Source of the DNA: a virus
Lineage: Duplodnaviria; Caudoviricetes
Virus record (IMG/VR): IMGVR_UViG_3300016263_000482
Location: 1 to 38,771 of that record
DNA length: 38,771 nucleotides
Direction: 5' to 3' (one strand)
A program made the position numbers and the translations under genes. Of the stretch, positions 9,712-18,368 are shown in pieces. Within the stretch, counting starts at the first letter, position 1, and every line of letters starts with the position of its first letter. The notes under the pieces were generated by a model. The model did no database searches. It saw only the letters and a program-made list of their open reading frames with translations, and was not told the DNA's origin.

Positions 9712-10281
9712 ATGTCAGTTTATTATCCTTCCTCCAACTGTGGCGGTGGTTCAATTCCTGATTACTACTGTAATCCGTGTCTTGACAGTTCTACCATCGA
9801 GTATGGTCGTATCCGTTCCATCGCCCTCATCAAGAATACCTACATCAATACGTTGATGGCCAACCCGACATCATCATCTGTATGGTCAACCGGTATCTCT
9901 AACGCTAACATCATCGTCATCTACCTTACCCAAGGATCTTATGACGGCGGCACCACTGGCGAATTGACCGGATTCGGTGACTCTGCTACCTACAACGGTA
10001 ACACCACCCACACCCTGACCTATAAGGATCCGTTCAGTGCTGATAACTGCGATTTCTATAACGCTATCCGTAACTCTACGGACTACACGATCGCATTCCG
10101 CACAAGCTCCAAAGTTTGGTTTGCTGAAGAGCCTTGTACCTTCACCCCGAAGAACGCTGTTGCTGATGATATCAACTCAGCTATGGCTTGGGAAGTAGGT
10201 GTCAAATGGACCAACTCAGACAGCCCTTGTGGCTATGAGACTCCAGCTGGTATCTTCGATAGCTGTTACATCCATTCCTAA
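9712..10281 (+). CDS. Putative major tail tube protein
   Basis: 189 aa, T/S/G-rich, high-expression codon bias like the capsid gene, A-rich leader, followed by a strong hairpin. Confidence 0.65.
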   Translation: MSVYYPSSNCGGGSIPDYYCNPCLDSSTIEYGRIRSIALIKNTYINTLMANPTSSSVWSTGISNANIIVIYLTQGSYDGGTTGELTGFGDSATYNGNTTHTLTYKDPFSADNCDFYNAIRNSTDYTIAFRTSSKVWFAEEPCTFTPKNAVADDINSAMAWEVGVKWTNSDSPCGYETPAGIFDSCYIHS

Positions 10282-10287
10282 TCAACT

Positions 10288-10320
10288 AGGGCGGGCCTTC
10301 GGGTCCGCCCTTAATTAATT
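10288..10320 (+). terminator. Intrinsic terminator / stabilising hairpin
   Basis: AGGGCGGGCC-TTCG-GGTCCGCCCT stem with cUUCGg tetraloop, then an A/T run. Confidence 0.75.
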
Positions 10321-10324
10321 CATC

Positions 10325-10720
10325 ATGGCTCAGTATTGGTTACAGATTCCGATTGAGAATGCCAAGGAAATGGTGCAACGAATCATTCAGAATAGCGGTG
10401 ATCCTGTCCTAGCATCTAAAACTGTTACATATTCATCCGATTCTGAAATCGTATTTTATAATATGAATGATGAATCAGTCTCTAATGATCCTTATACTTT
10501 TTATTTTGGTAGTCTCTATGTCTTATCGCATCTGCATGAGACAGGATTACATTTGGCTTGTGTAGATAGTTCTACCGTAACATTTAAGACAGTTGTCAAC
10601 GCTTCAGCAAAATCAATTACAGCAGGCAAGTATGATTATTTGATATGGAATGCTGTTCTCAGTTCCTCTACCTCAGATCCTAATATGTATTTCGTAGGCT
10701 ATAAATTCAATCTTATCTAA
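10325..10720 (+). CDS. Structural protein, paralog 1 of 3 (QYWLQ.P.ENA.E ... YFVGYKF)
   Basis: Shared N- and C-terminal motifs with the next two ORFs. Confidence 0.7.
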   Translation: MAQYWLQIPIENAKEMVQRIIQNSGDPVLASKTVTYSSDSEIVFYNMNDESVSNDPYTFYFGSLYVLSHLHETGLHLACVDSSTVTFKTVVNASAKSITAGKYDYLIWNAVLSSSTSDPNMYFVGYKFNLI

Positions 10721-11109
10721 TGGCTCAGTATTGGTTACAGACCCCCATCGAGAATGCCAAAGAGGTAGTCCAACGATTTATTGATAATAATCCAGGATTG
10801 ACATATTGGGCTGGTAAGAAGGTAGAATATGATCTTGAGACCGAGGTGATATTTTATGACTTCGCCAGTAATTATCCGGCAGTTGATCCTGATATCATAT
10901 ATTTTGGAAGCCTTATAATGGCTTGCATAGATTCATCTGTCCAATTAAGGCTTTATGATTCTACTGCAACCATTGATACATTTACTGTTGTTAATAATGC
11001 AGGACTACCACTTGATTCTGGAGTATATCCTTATATAATCTGGAATAACGTAGCATCTCCTTGCAATAGTACCGCCTACTTTGTAGGTTATAAGTTTAGA
11101 GTAGTATGA
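10720..11109 (+). CDS. Structural protein, paralog 2 of 3
   Basis: MAQYWLQTPIENAKE...YFVGYKF; TAATG coupling. Confidence 0.7.
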   Translation: MAQYWLQTPIENAKEVVQRFIDNNPGLTYWAGKKVEYDLETEVIFYDFASNYPAVDPDIIYFGSLIMACIDSSVQLRLYDSTATIDTFTVVNNAGLPLDSGVYPYIIWNNVASPCNSTAYFVGYKFRVV

Positions 11110-11561
11110 TTCAATACTGGATTCAGATACCAGTAGAGAATGCAAGAGAGATAACCGAGCGGTTCATCTATGATAACCTTTCGGCTTATGACGGTTATGA
11201 GCTGACATATAAGATTGATACTGAATCAGTTGTCATCAATTTGGCTGATGACTTTACCTACGATTTTAAGGCCATTTATTTCGGTGATGTTATCCTATCC
11301 ACTATCGATACCCAGATGGTTCTGGCGGTAAGCGATAATATAACATCCGTAACGACATTGACAACCCTTTCAAATACCATAGAATCAGGCAGATATCCTT
11401 ATGTGATATTCAATGAGGTTAACTCAAAACCCGATTCAAATGCGTATTTTGTGGGCTATAAGTTCACCATTGCTGCCATTGAGCCAGATGTATCGTATCT
11501 GCTCACGGAAGCTGGCGAAATCTTTGAAACTGAGGACGGTATAGATTTGATTCAAATATAA
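11106..11561 (+). CDS. Structural protein, paralog 3 of 3, with C-terminal YLLTEAG...EDG extension
   Basis: MIQYWIQIPVENARE...YFVGYKF plus an acidic tail peptide. Confidence 0.7.
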   Translation: MIQYWIQIPVENAREITERFIYDNLSAYDGYELTYKIDTESVVINLADDFTYDFKAIYFGDVILSTIDTQMVLAVSDNITSVTTLTTLSNTIESGRYPYVIFNEVNSKPDSNAYFVGYKFTIAAIEPDVSYLLTEAGEIFETEDGIDLIQI

Positions 11562-13291
11562 TGGCTAACAAGAAGATATCGCAACTCAATGCGGTCACTA
11601 CGTTATCCAATAATGATGTCTTTCCGGTTGTTCAAGGAACCGAGACCAAGAAGGCTAAGATCAGCGATATTAAAAGCTATCTGCCTACTGCAAGCTCCTT
11701 GCTGACGGGTCTATTGTCCAATACCGATTGGGTCACTTTCAATAACAAACAGAACGCCCTGACCTTGGGCAATCTGACCGAATCAACAAGTTCTGTACTG
11801 ACCATTACGGGTGGCACTGGTTCTATTATAGGATCAGGTTTGACCATCCAAGTCAAGCAGGCTAACGGATCCCAGAGTGGTTTCCTTTCTTCTACGGATT
11901 GGTCCACTTTTAATGGTAAGATGAGTAGCTTGACACTGACTACTACGGGTACAAGTGGAGCGGCTACCCTTGTAGGTTCTACGCTTAATATCCCTCAATA
12001 CCTCGGGTCAGCTATTACCAGTCTCGGTGGTCAGACCGGGGCTACGCAGACCTTCAGCACGGATACGACTGGCTCTGATTTTACCATTGCATCAGTATCC
12101 AATAACCATAAATTCAGTATTCCTAATGCTTCCGGATCAGCAAGGGGTCTATTAACTTCTTCTGATTGGACTGCCTTCAATAACAAAGAAGCCGCAGTCA
12201 GTTGGGGAAGTCTTACAGAGACTACTTCATCGATTCTTACTATCACTGGAGGATCATCAGCTGTGAGGGGTAATGTGACCGTAGCTGTTAAGCAAGTAGG
12301 TCCAACTCAAGATGGATACTTGGGAAAAGGAGACTTTAGCACATTCTTAGGTAAACAGGACGCTATCACCCTGACAACCACAGGCTCATCAGGGGCTTCT
12401 ACATTTATCAATAATGTTCTTAATATACCTCAGTATGCCTCTGGTATCACTAGTCTGAATGCTCTGACTTCTGGTACACAGACCTTTGCTACAGGATCAT
12501 CTGGAAGTGATTTCAATATAAGCTCATCGACAAGTACACATACCTTCAATATTCCTACTGCATCAGCTTCTAAAAGGGGATTATTGAGTACTACTGATTG
12601 GTCCACCTTCAATGGAAAACAAGGTGCATTGACACTTACTACTACCGGAACAAGTGGGGCATCTACGCTTGTTGGTAATACATTGAATATTCCTCAATAT
12701 TCAGGCGGAGGAGGTGGAACATCTGTTAATTTTCAAGTTGCATTTAATAATTTGGGAAGTGCAATGATAGGATATAACATTGCAAATCCTTATCAAATGA
12801 CAGTAGCAAACGAGGGAATGGGTAGTCAGCAAATTTATTTTATTGCATACCACTTACCTTCATCTGCTACCATAACTGGAGTAAAATGGTATCAAGGAAT
12901 AAAAGGAAATTATACAGCTAGTAATTATAATGGAGTTGGGCTGTATTCATATTCTTCAGGAACACTTACACTAGTCGCATCATCAACTAATGACGGTTCT
13001 ACATGGTCAACTCCAACTAGCGGCACTTTTGGAATTAAAGCATTCAGTTCAAGTTATTCAGCATCAGCAGGAACTTATTATATTGCTCTATTGTATTCAA
13101 GTTCAGCAGTAGTTACCGGACCTCAAATCGGAAGGACAACATCATATATAAGTAGCAATTCAACTGCTATTGATTTTACTAATAGCGCAGGAATAGGATT
13201 TATCTCATTATCACAAACTGCATTACCTTCATCTATTGCAGCATCTTCATTATTTAGAAACAATAGTATTTACTCTACATTTCTATACTAA
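11561..13291 (+). CDS. Tail fibre / receptor-binding protein with internal repeats
   Basis: MANKKISQL N-terminus; five G.LS.TDW..FN.K-type repeats; GGGGG linker then an AT-rich C-terminal domain. Confidence 0.75.
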   Translation: MANKKISQLNAVTTLSNNDVFPVVQGTETKKAKISDIKSYLPTASSLLTGLLSNTDWVTFNNKQNALTLGNLTESTSSVLTITGGTGSIIGSGLTIQVKQANGSQSGFLSSTDWSTFNGKMSSLTLTTTGTSGAATLVGSTLNIPQYLGSAITSLGGQTGATQTFSTDTTGSDFTIASVSNNHKFSIPNASGSARGLLTSSDWTAFNNKEAAVSWGSLTETTSSILTITGGSSAVRGNVTVAVKQVGPTQDGYLGKGDFSTFLGKQDAITLTTTGSSGASTFINNVLNIPQYASGITSLNALTSGTQTFATGSSGSDFNISSSTSTHTFNIPTASASKRGLLSTTDWSTFNGKQGALTLTTTGTSGASTLVGNTLNIPQYSGGGGGTSVNFQVAFNNLGSAMIGYNIANPYQMTVANEGMGSQQIYFIAYHLPSSATITGVKWYQGIKGNYTASNYNGVGLYSYSSGTLTLVASSTNDGSTWSTPTSGTFGIKAFSSSYSASAGTYYIALLYSSSAVVTGPQIGRTTSYISSNSTAIDFTNSAGIGFISLSQTALPSSIAASSLFRNNSIYSTFLY

Positions 13292-13573
13292 ATGAATTAC
13301 ATAAATATCCAACCCATCCAATTCGGTGAACTTCAAGAGAAGACGGCTAATGCTATTATATGGCAGGTAGATGGATTGATGCGAGGTGCTACTGAAGCTA
13401 TCGCTCAATGTTCACTAATATATGTTAAACCTGATGGTGGTAGTGAGTATGTATCTTCATTCAATGTTATCATAGACAATGCTACCCTCCAATTGTGGGG
13501 TGCTGATGATTCTGTTATTGATAATGTAGTACTTGCTTACTCTCCTTTATTCATTAAAGACACAACCATATGA
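13292..13573 (+). CDS. Small protein downstream of fibre (possible fibre chaperone)
   Basis: Abuts the fibre gene; same low-GC composition; WGADDS motif. Confidence 0.6.
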   Translation: MNYINIQPIQFGELQEKTANAIIWQVDGLMRGATEAIAQCSLIYVKPDGGSEYVSSFNVIIDNATLQLWGADDSVIDNVVLAYSPLFIKDTTI

Positions 13574-13710
13574 ACACAACCGAAATCAAAGCACGCATCT
13601 ACGACCTTCTAGTATTGATTGAACAAGCCAAAGCAGAAATCAGTCAGCTCCAATCCGCTATGGAGGCTGAATCTAAAGAGTCAGCAAATGTTCAATCTGT
13701 AGAATCCTAA
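13570..13710 (+). CDS. 46 aa coiled-coil protein (MNTTEIKARIYDLLVLIEQ...)
   Basis: Not in the ORF track; ATGA and TAATG overlaps with both neighbours. Confidence 0.6.
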   Translation: MNTTEIKARIYDLLVLIEQAKAEISQLQSAMEAESKESANVQSVES

Positions 13711-14306
13711 TGAAAAAAATCTTTGGTGCAATCCTATTCCTTTCCATCGCCCTCACAGGTACCTTCATAGCCTGTGAAAAATCTGAAGTACAACCAACCG
13801 CAACAGCACTATCAAAAAGGGGAGGACGTAACAACACCGGAGGATCAACCAATCCAGTCAGTCCTGGTGACTCTATCCTCAATGCTTGTGGCATCGTCCT
13901 ATCGGATACCGGACAATCATATCCATCCGTACAGCTGACCAATCTTAGGTATCGTAAGCAGACCGCCTACAGCTTCGACCCTGCTACTGGTGGATATACC
14001 TACCCGTATGAAGTCCTCATCATCGAGTTCGACAATGCAGTCATCGCAGGAAAGACCGTCAACTGCTATATGCTTTTTGCTGACCAGTGTCAGACTCGTG
14101 TGGTATGTAGCAGAATGAACGGTCTTGCCGTATCTCAGGTCACCACCTGTACCAATACCAACCGCATTATACTTCCCATAGGCACGTCATGGCTTAACCC
14201 GAACGTAGCATCTTATACAGGATATATCTATGTAGGCACTACAGACGGCTGTTCTGCATTGTCTCAACGATTCACCTTTGAACCTCCTAGAATACTCTCT
14301 CTGTAA
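13710..14306 (+). CDS. Lipoprotein of unknown function
   Basis: MKK, hydrophobic core, then FIA-C lipobox followed by EKSE; several further Cys. Confidence 0.7.
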   Translation: MKKIFGAILFLSIALTGTFIACEKSEVQPTATALSKRGGRNNTGGSTNPVSPGDSILNACGIVLSDTGQSYPSVQLTNLRYRKQTAYSFDPATGGYTYPYEVLIIEFDNAVIAGKTVNCYMLFADQCQTRVVCSRMNGLAVSQVTTCTNTNRIILPIGTSWLNPNVASYTGYIYVGTTDGCSALSQRFTFEPPRILSL

Positions 14307-14309
14307 GTT

Positions 14310-14597
14310 ATGAATGAAGATGACGTACTTGGCGTTCTCTATAAGTTTAGCAACCCTGTCCTACTGCTTATTGTGGGTTATTTCTTGCGTTCAATTCTAC
14401 AAACTATCAAGAAACTTCAAGAAGATTTCTCACAGTTTCGAGTGGACAATGCCGGACATGGAATCATCATGCAAGAACACAAAGAGCGACTTGAAAAAAT
14501 CGAAAAAAAGCTCGACCAGTACGACCATGACTTCAAGTTATTCTTTATGGACTACGGCTCGACACTTAAAAAAGCAAAGAAACAATTTGAATCCTAA
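14310..14597 (+). CDS. Single-TM + coiled-coil protein (holin/antiholin-like)
   Basis: N-terminal TM (PVLLLIVGYFL), LEKIEKKLD coil, at the start of the lysis cluster. Confidence 0.55.
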   Translation: MNEDDVLGVLYKFSNPVLLLIVGYFLRSILQTIKKLQEDFSQFRVDNAGHGIIMQEHKERLEKIEKKLDQYDHDFKLFFMDYGSTLKKAKKQFES

Positions 14598-14609
14598 AAC
14601 CATAAGCAA

Positions 14610-14978
14610 ATGAAAAACAAGACACTACTCTGGCAAGTATGCTCATTGATCATCGTTCTACTCGGAATCTATGGTCAACAATTTGGAGAAACCGGACAGA
14701 AATGGATAGGCATAGTATCGTTCTCCATTACTGCCTTCCTGAATTCCAAGATCATGTCAACTGGTGAGTGGCCAAAGGGATGGTCAACAGCCATGTGGGC
14801 CACCCAGATCTTCGGACTCTTGGTTCAGGTGGTCAACTTCATGGTTGAAAAGGCTATCCTTGATCCTCATGTGGTCAACGTGATGATCATGACCATTAAC
14901 GTATTCTTGGCAGCCTTCGTTAAAGATTACGGCTCAGGATCAGTCGCTATTGATACCGCTGTCCAACGGAAAAAGTAA
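14610..14978 (+). CDS. Multi-pass membrane protein, putative holin
   Basis: About 4 hydrophobic segments, basic C-terminus, upstream of spanin and endolysin. Confidence 0.55.
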   Translation: MKNKTLLWQVCSLIIVLLGIYGQQFGETGQKWIGIVSFSITAFLNSKIMSTGEWPKGWSTAMWATQIFGLLVQVVNFMVEKAILDPHVVNVMIMTINVFLAAFVKDYGSGSVAIDTAVQRKK

Positions 14979-14996
14979 TTCTCGGTTGCTGTTGAT

Positions 14997-15035
14997 AGGG
15001 GGCGGTTTTTGATGTTTGTCCGCCCCCTTATTTTC
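14997..15035 (+). terminator. Terminator-like hairpin
   Basis: AGGGGGCGG / CCGCCCCCT stem followed by TATTTTC. Confidence 0.6.
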
Positions 15036-15048
15036 TTAAATTAAGACC

Positions 15049-15576
15049 ATGAAGAAGACCATAGCCATACTCCTTATTGCATACCTGATGACATCCTGTA
15101 GGCTCCTAAAGCCACAGACCATCTATATTACCAAGGATTCCCTAGTTACCAAGACCGAGACAATCATCAAGGATAGCATCATACGTCTTCCGGGTGATAC
15201 TATCAGATTCACCATACCCATCCACGATACCGTCTTCATCGTCAAATCAGCAAGGTCTTCTTCCACAGTCCAAGTCAAAAGCGGTAAGATATCCGTGACC
15301 AATGCCTGTGATGAAAAGGATATCATCATCAGCAAACTCCGCTCTGAGATTCTCAAGTACGAGACCAGTTCATCCGATTCCGTCCAGACCATAACTCAGA
15401 AGGTCAAGTACGTCCCAACAGCTTACAAAGTCTTTACATACGGCTTTTGGGCCTTGGCTCTCCTATTAGTCGGTCTTTTCTTAGCCAATAAGAACATATG
15501 GGTACTGGTAGCCACTACTGCAGCCAGTGCTATCAAATCCATCAGCAAGAAGAAAAGTGGCAAGGACTCTGTATGA
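15049..15576 (+). CDS. Putative unimolecular spanin
   Basis: N-terminal lipobox (LMTS-C), beta-rich middle, C-terminal TM followed by a Lys-rich tail. Confidence 0.7.
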   Translation: MKKTIAILLIAYLMTSCRLLKPQTIYITKDSLVTKTETIIKDSIIRLPGDTIRFTIPIHDTVFIVKSARSSSTVQVKSGKISVTNACDEKDIIISKLRSEILKYETSSSDSVQTITQKVKYVPTAYKVFTYGFWALALLLVGLFLANKNIWVLVATTAASAIKSISKKKSGKDSV

Positions 15577-16039
15577 TAAGCTTTTTGACCGCTATGGTAA
15601 CCCCATGGAGGACCCCAAAGGATTCCAAGCCGATTGGATGATCTTTTGGAACGTACCTATGTGGATTGATACCCATATACCGGCACTACCCAATCGACTC
15701 TATATCAATAAAGACCTAATTCCTGTCATCGAGGATACATTGAATAGGCTCATCAGTCTTGGAGCCTATAAGGAGATTCATACCTTCGATGGCCTTTTTA
15801 ATATCCGATATATCCGAGGTAGTAAGACCCGTCTATCCATCCATTCTTGGGGATTGGCTATCGATCTGAATGCCTCCAATAACCCTCTTGGGTTGACCAA
15901 ACAGCAGGCTATCGCAAAAGGTCTATGCCCATTTAGTAACCTATTTGATGAAGTATGGAAGGATGCCGGATGGACTCCAGGCATCAACTGGAAGCGTCCC
16001 GATGGGATGCACTTTGAATTTACCAGCCATCTCAAATGA
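15557..16039 (+). CDS. Endolysin, peptidase M15 family
   Basis: R..RG...SIHSWGLAIDLN and DGMHFE zinc-binding motifs; GTG 15557 is the likely start. Confidence 0.9.
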   Translation: MARTLYDKLFDRYGNPMEDPKGFQADWMIFWNVPMWIDTHIPALPNRLYINKDLIPVIEDTLNRLISLGAYKEIHTFDGLFNIRYIRGSKTRLSIHSWGLAIDLNASNNPLGLTKQQAIAKGLCPFSNLFDEVWKDAGWTPGINWKRPDGMHFEFTSHLK

Positions 16040-16341
16040 TCATATCCTGTAATCGGATAATCTTTCCTCAAATGATCGATGAGGATGATGAAATATTACG
16101 GGATGCCAAGTTCAAACAGGCCTCAAAGAACATTCGAAAGAGGAAAGTTACTTTTCACCTAGGTGATGTTGAAAAGTTCGGAGAGCATGAAGATACCCGT
16201 TTCGTCACAGTATGGTTCTTTACCAACGAACCCATCGTCATTGAGTACGACTACCATAAGATGTTAGAACAATACCTCGATCTCTATGCAGAAGAGGATG
16301 AGGATGACCATAAGATGTACTTCTGGATACCACAGAATTGA
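16036..16341 (+). CDS. Hypothetical acidic protein
   Basis: ATGA coupling, plausible composition. Confidence 0.6.
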   Translation: MIISCNRIIFPQMIDEDDEILRDAKFKQASKNIRKRKVTFHLGDVEKFGEHEDTRFVTVWFFTNEPIVIEYDYHKMLEQYLDLYAEEDEDDHKMYFWIPQN

Positions 16342-17354
16342 ATATAAATAGTCAAAAATTAACCAAAGAATACATTATAAAGTACGGAGGGCTTAGTCAT
16401 GCCCATATCGCTAGGAAATTATTCCAGGATTATCCAACCGTATATTCTTCCATTGAAAACGCCAGAAGCCTAGTCCGTTATTATGCCGGAAAACATGGCA
16501 ACGCTAGCAGAAAAAGACTTAACGACAAGGATATCATGAACAGCGGAATAGCCAAACAGAATAAGGACCTTCTACAAAAATGGGGTTTAATCAAATCAAA
16601 CTCTCCTAAGAAGGAAACCTATAAGGTCCCATCAGAATACAATCGTATCCTATGGGTCTCAGATATTCACTTCCCTAACCATGACGAGATAGCCCTTAGC
16701 ACAGCCCTCAACTATGGCTATGAGAATAAGGCTAACTGCATCATCATCGGTGGTGATCTATTGGATAACAGCCCCTTCACCCGATTCCTGACCCCTCCTA
16801 ATAAACTAGCCGCCCGTGAGTACTTCGAGATGGCTATAAGCTTCCTCAAATCCCTACGGGCTAACTTCCCCGATGCCCTGATTATCTACATGGAAGGTAA
16901 CCATGACCGATGGTACACCGACTGGCTTATCAAGCATTGTGCTGTAGTCTTCGATGATCCGTACTACCAACTTGAGGCACGTCTTGGCCTTGATTCCCTC
17001 AATATCAAATTCCTTCGTGAGAATGTCATGGTCAAGGCTGGCAAGCTCCCCATGCTCCATGGTCATACTATCGTCCGTGGGGTCTTCGCTCCGGTCAATG
17101 CGGCCCGTGGTGCTTACATCCGTTCCAAGTCCAACTTACTCATAGGCCATACCCATCAGGTATCCATGCACTCTGAGAAAGACATCAACGGCAAGGCCAC
17201 TAAGACATGGTCCACAGGATGCCTCTGTACTCTCTCGCCCGGTTATGATCCCCATAATACCAAGCACAGCCATGGGTTCGCTTTCATTACCACAGAGGCC
17301 AACGGAGACTTCACAGTCAATAACTTTGAGATTCTTAATGGGCAAATACGATAA
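16338..17354 (+). CDS. Calcineurin-like metallophosphoesterase with N-terminal HTH-like region
   Basis: SDIH, GGDLLD, GNHD, HGH and GHTH motifs. Confidence 0.9.
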   Translation: MNINSQKLTKEYIIKYGGLSHAHIARKLFQDYPTVYSSIENARSLVRYYAGKHGNASRKRLNDKDIMNSGIAKQNKDLLQKWGLIKSNSPKKETYKVPSEYNRILWVSDIHFPNHDEIALSTALNYGYENKANCIIIGGDLLDNSPFTRFLTPPNKLAAREYFEMAISFLKSLRANFPDALIIYMEGNHDRWYTDWLIKHCAVVFDDPYYQLEARLGLDSLNIKFLRENVMVKAGKLPMLHGHTIVRGVFAPVNAARGAYIRSKSNLLIGHTHQVSMHSEKDINGKATKTWSTGCLCTLSPGYDPHNTKHSHGFAFITTEANGDFTVNNFEILNGQIR

Positions 17355-17356
17355 TC

Positions 17357-17620
17357 ATGGCTTTCCAAATCACACGCTCCGACAGAGAGGGCAAGAAGTA
17401 CAAGGTAACAGTCAATGGCAAGGAGATTCACTTCGGAGCCACAGGATACCGAATCAAACCGGGTACTCCAGCCGGAGATTCCTATTGTGCCAGATCGGCT
17501 GGCATCAAAGGTGCCGAGGATGTGAATAGTCCCAATCACTGGGCAAGAAAACTATGGTCATGTCGAGGGTCCAAGTCCGTATCCGACCAACCCTTCTTTG
17601 GTCGCAGAGACTTACCCTGA
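17357..17620 (+). CDS. Small basic protein (KKY.V...IHFG..GY, DUF5754-like)
   Basis: KKYKV...IHFGATGY...YCARS.GIK...SPNHWAR.LW motif set, recognised from memory. Confidence 0.6.
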   Translation: MAFQITRSDREGKKYKVTVNGKEIHFGATGYRIKPGTPAGDSYCARSAGIKGAEDVNSPNHWARKLWSCRGSKSVSDQPFFGRRDLP

Positions 17621-18151
17621 CCGCTTGAGCTTGTCAAGCCTCTTCATCCAACCCTTGTAGAATACGCTATTTTCAGGGTACTTATCCTTTCGGTAATTCC
17701 AGATAAGTCCGTGAATCACAATAGGATTAAGCTTGTTTATCGCATCTACTAGATCCTTTGCTGTCATCACTTTTGATAGTACTGGACCACCGCCATGCTT
17801 AATGCCATACTTCATTGCCTCACGAGCAGTACCCACTCCCTGATTGACAGCACAGTCATAGATAAGCGTAGCCAGTTCTTGGTCTAACATATCACCCAAT
17901 CTCAGACTATCCCAGAACTTGGTCTTATAAATCTCAATGGCTTCATCATAGGTCAGCTTCTCCATCTCCTTCCTTGTCACCGGCCGATTACGATAGCCGG
18001 ATAGGAAAGCAGCCGATATGCCAAAATTAGTACCCGCCAGAATACCCGTATCAATCTTGCCTCCAGTCCAGTTACCACGATCACGAGGATCTATCTGAAA
18101 CCCACCCTCTGCCTTGTGTACGAATCCTTGAGATAATTTGAAATCAGCCAT
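17612..18151 (-). CDS. Second peptidoglycan hydrolase, glycoside hydrolase family 108
   Basis: EGG....P.D.G...G.T.FGI, IYK..FWD, D.AVN.G and F.KGW..R motifs; start at MADF. Confidence 0.9.
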   Translation of the reverse strand: MADFKLSQGFVHKAEGGFQIDPRDRGNWTGGKIDTGILAGTNFGISAAFLSGYRNRPVTRKEMEKLTYDEAIEIYKTKFWDSLRLGDMLDQELATLIYDCAVNQGVGTAREAMKYGIKHGGGPVLSKVMTAKDLVDAINKLNPIVIHGLIWNYRKDKYPENSVFYKGWMKRLDKLKRSG

Positions 18152-18163
18152 AGGAATGAAATA

Positions 18164-18196
18164 AGCGGCCACCGCATGAACCGGACGATGACCGCT
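18164..18196 (-). promoter_or_regulatory. 11-bp hairpin in the 5' leader of the GH108 gene
   Basis: AGCGGTCATCG / CGGTGGCCGCT with G-U pairs valid on the minus strand; ends 12 nt before ATG. Confidence 0.55.
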
Positions 18197-18225
18197 AGAA
18201 ATTGAAAACCCGATGCAATATAAGC

Positions 18226-18265
18226 AAAAAAACCCGGCCAGAGCAATAACCAAACTCCGACCGGG
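18226..18265 (-). terminator. Intrinsic terminator on minus strand
   Basis: CCCGGTCGGAG / CTCTGGCCGGG stem followed by T7. Confidence 0.7.
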
Positions 18266-18368
18266 ACGAACAAGACCAAGCATCATAAATATAGGGGTAT
18301 TTACCGATTTTAAAATGAAGTGTAACCATTTATATTGTGCCTCGTTGAAATTCCAAAAACGAGAAACC

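Noticed and set aside
11561-13291. Diversity-generating retroelement target
   Set aside because: No reverse transcriptase and no adenine-specific TR/VR pair seen; the repeats are protein-level modules.
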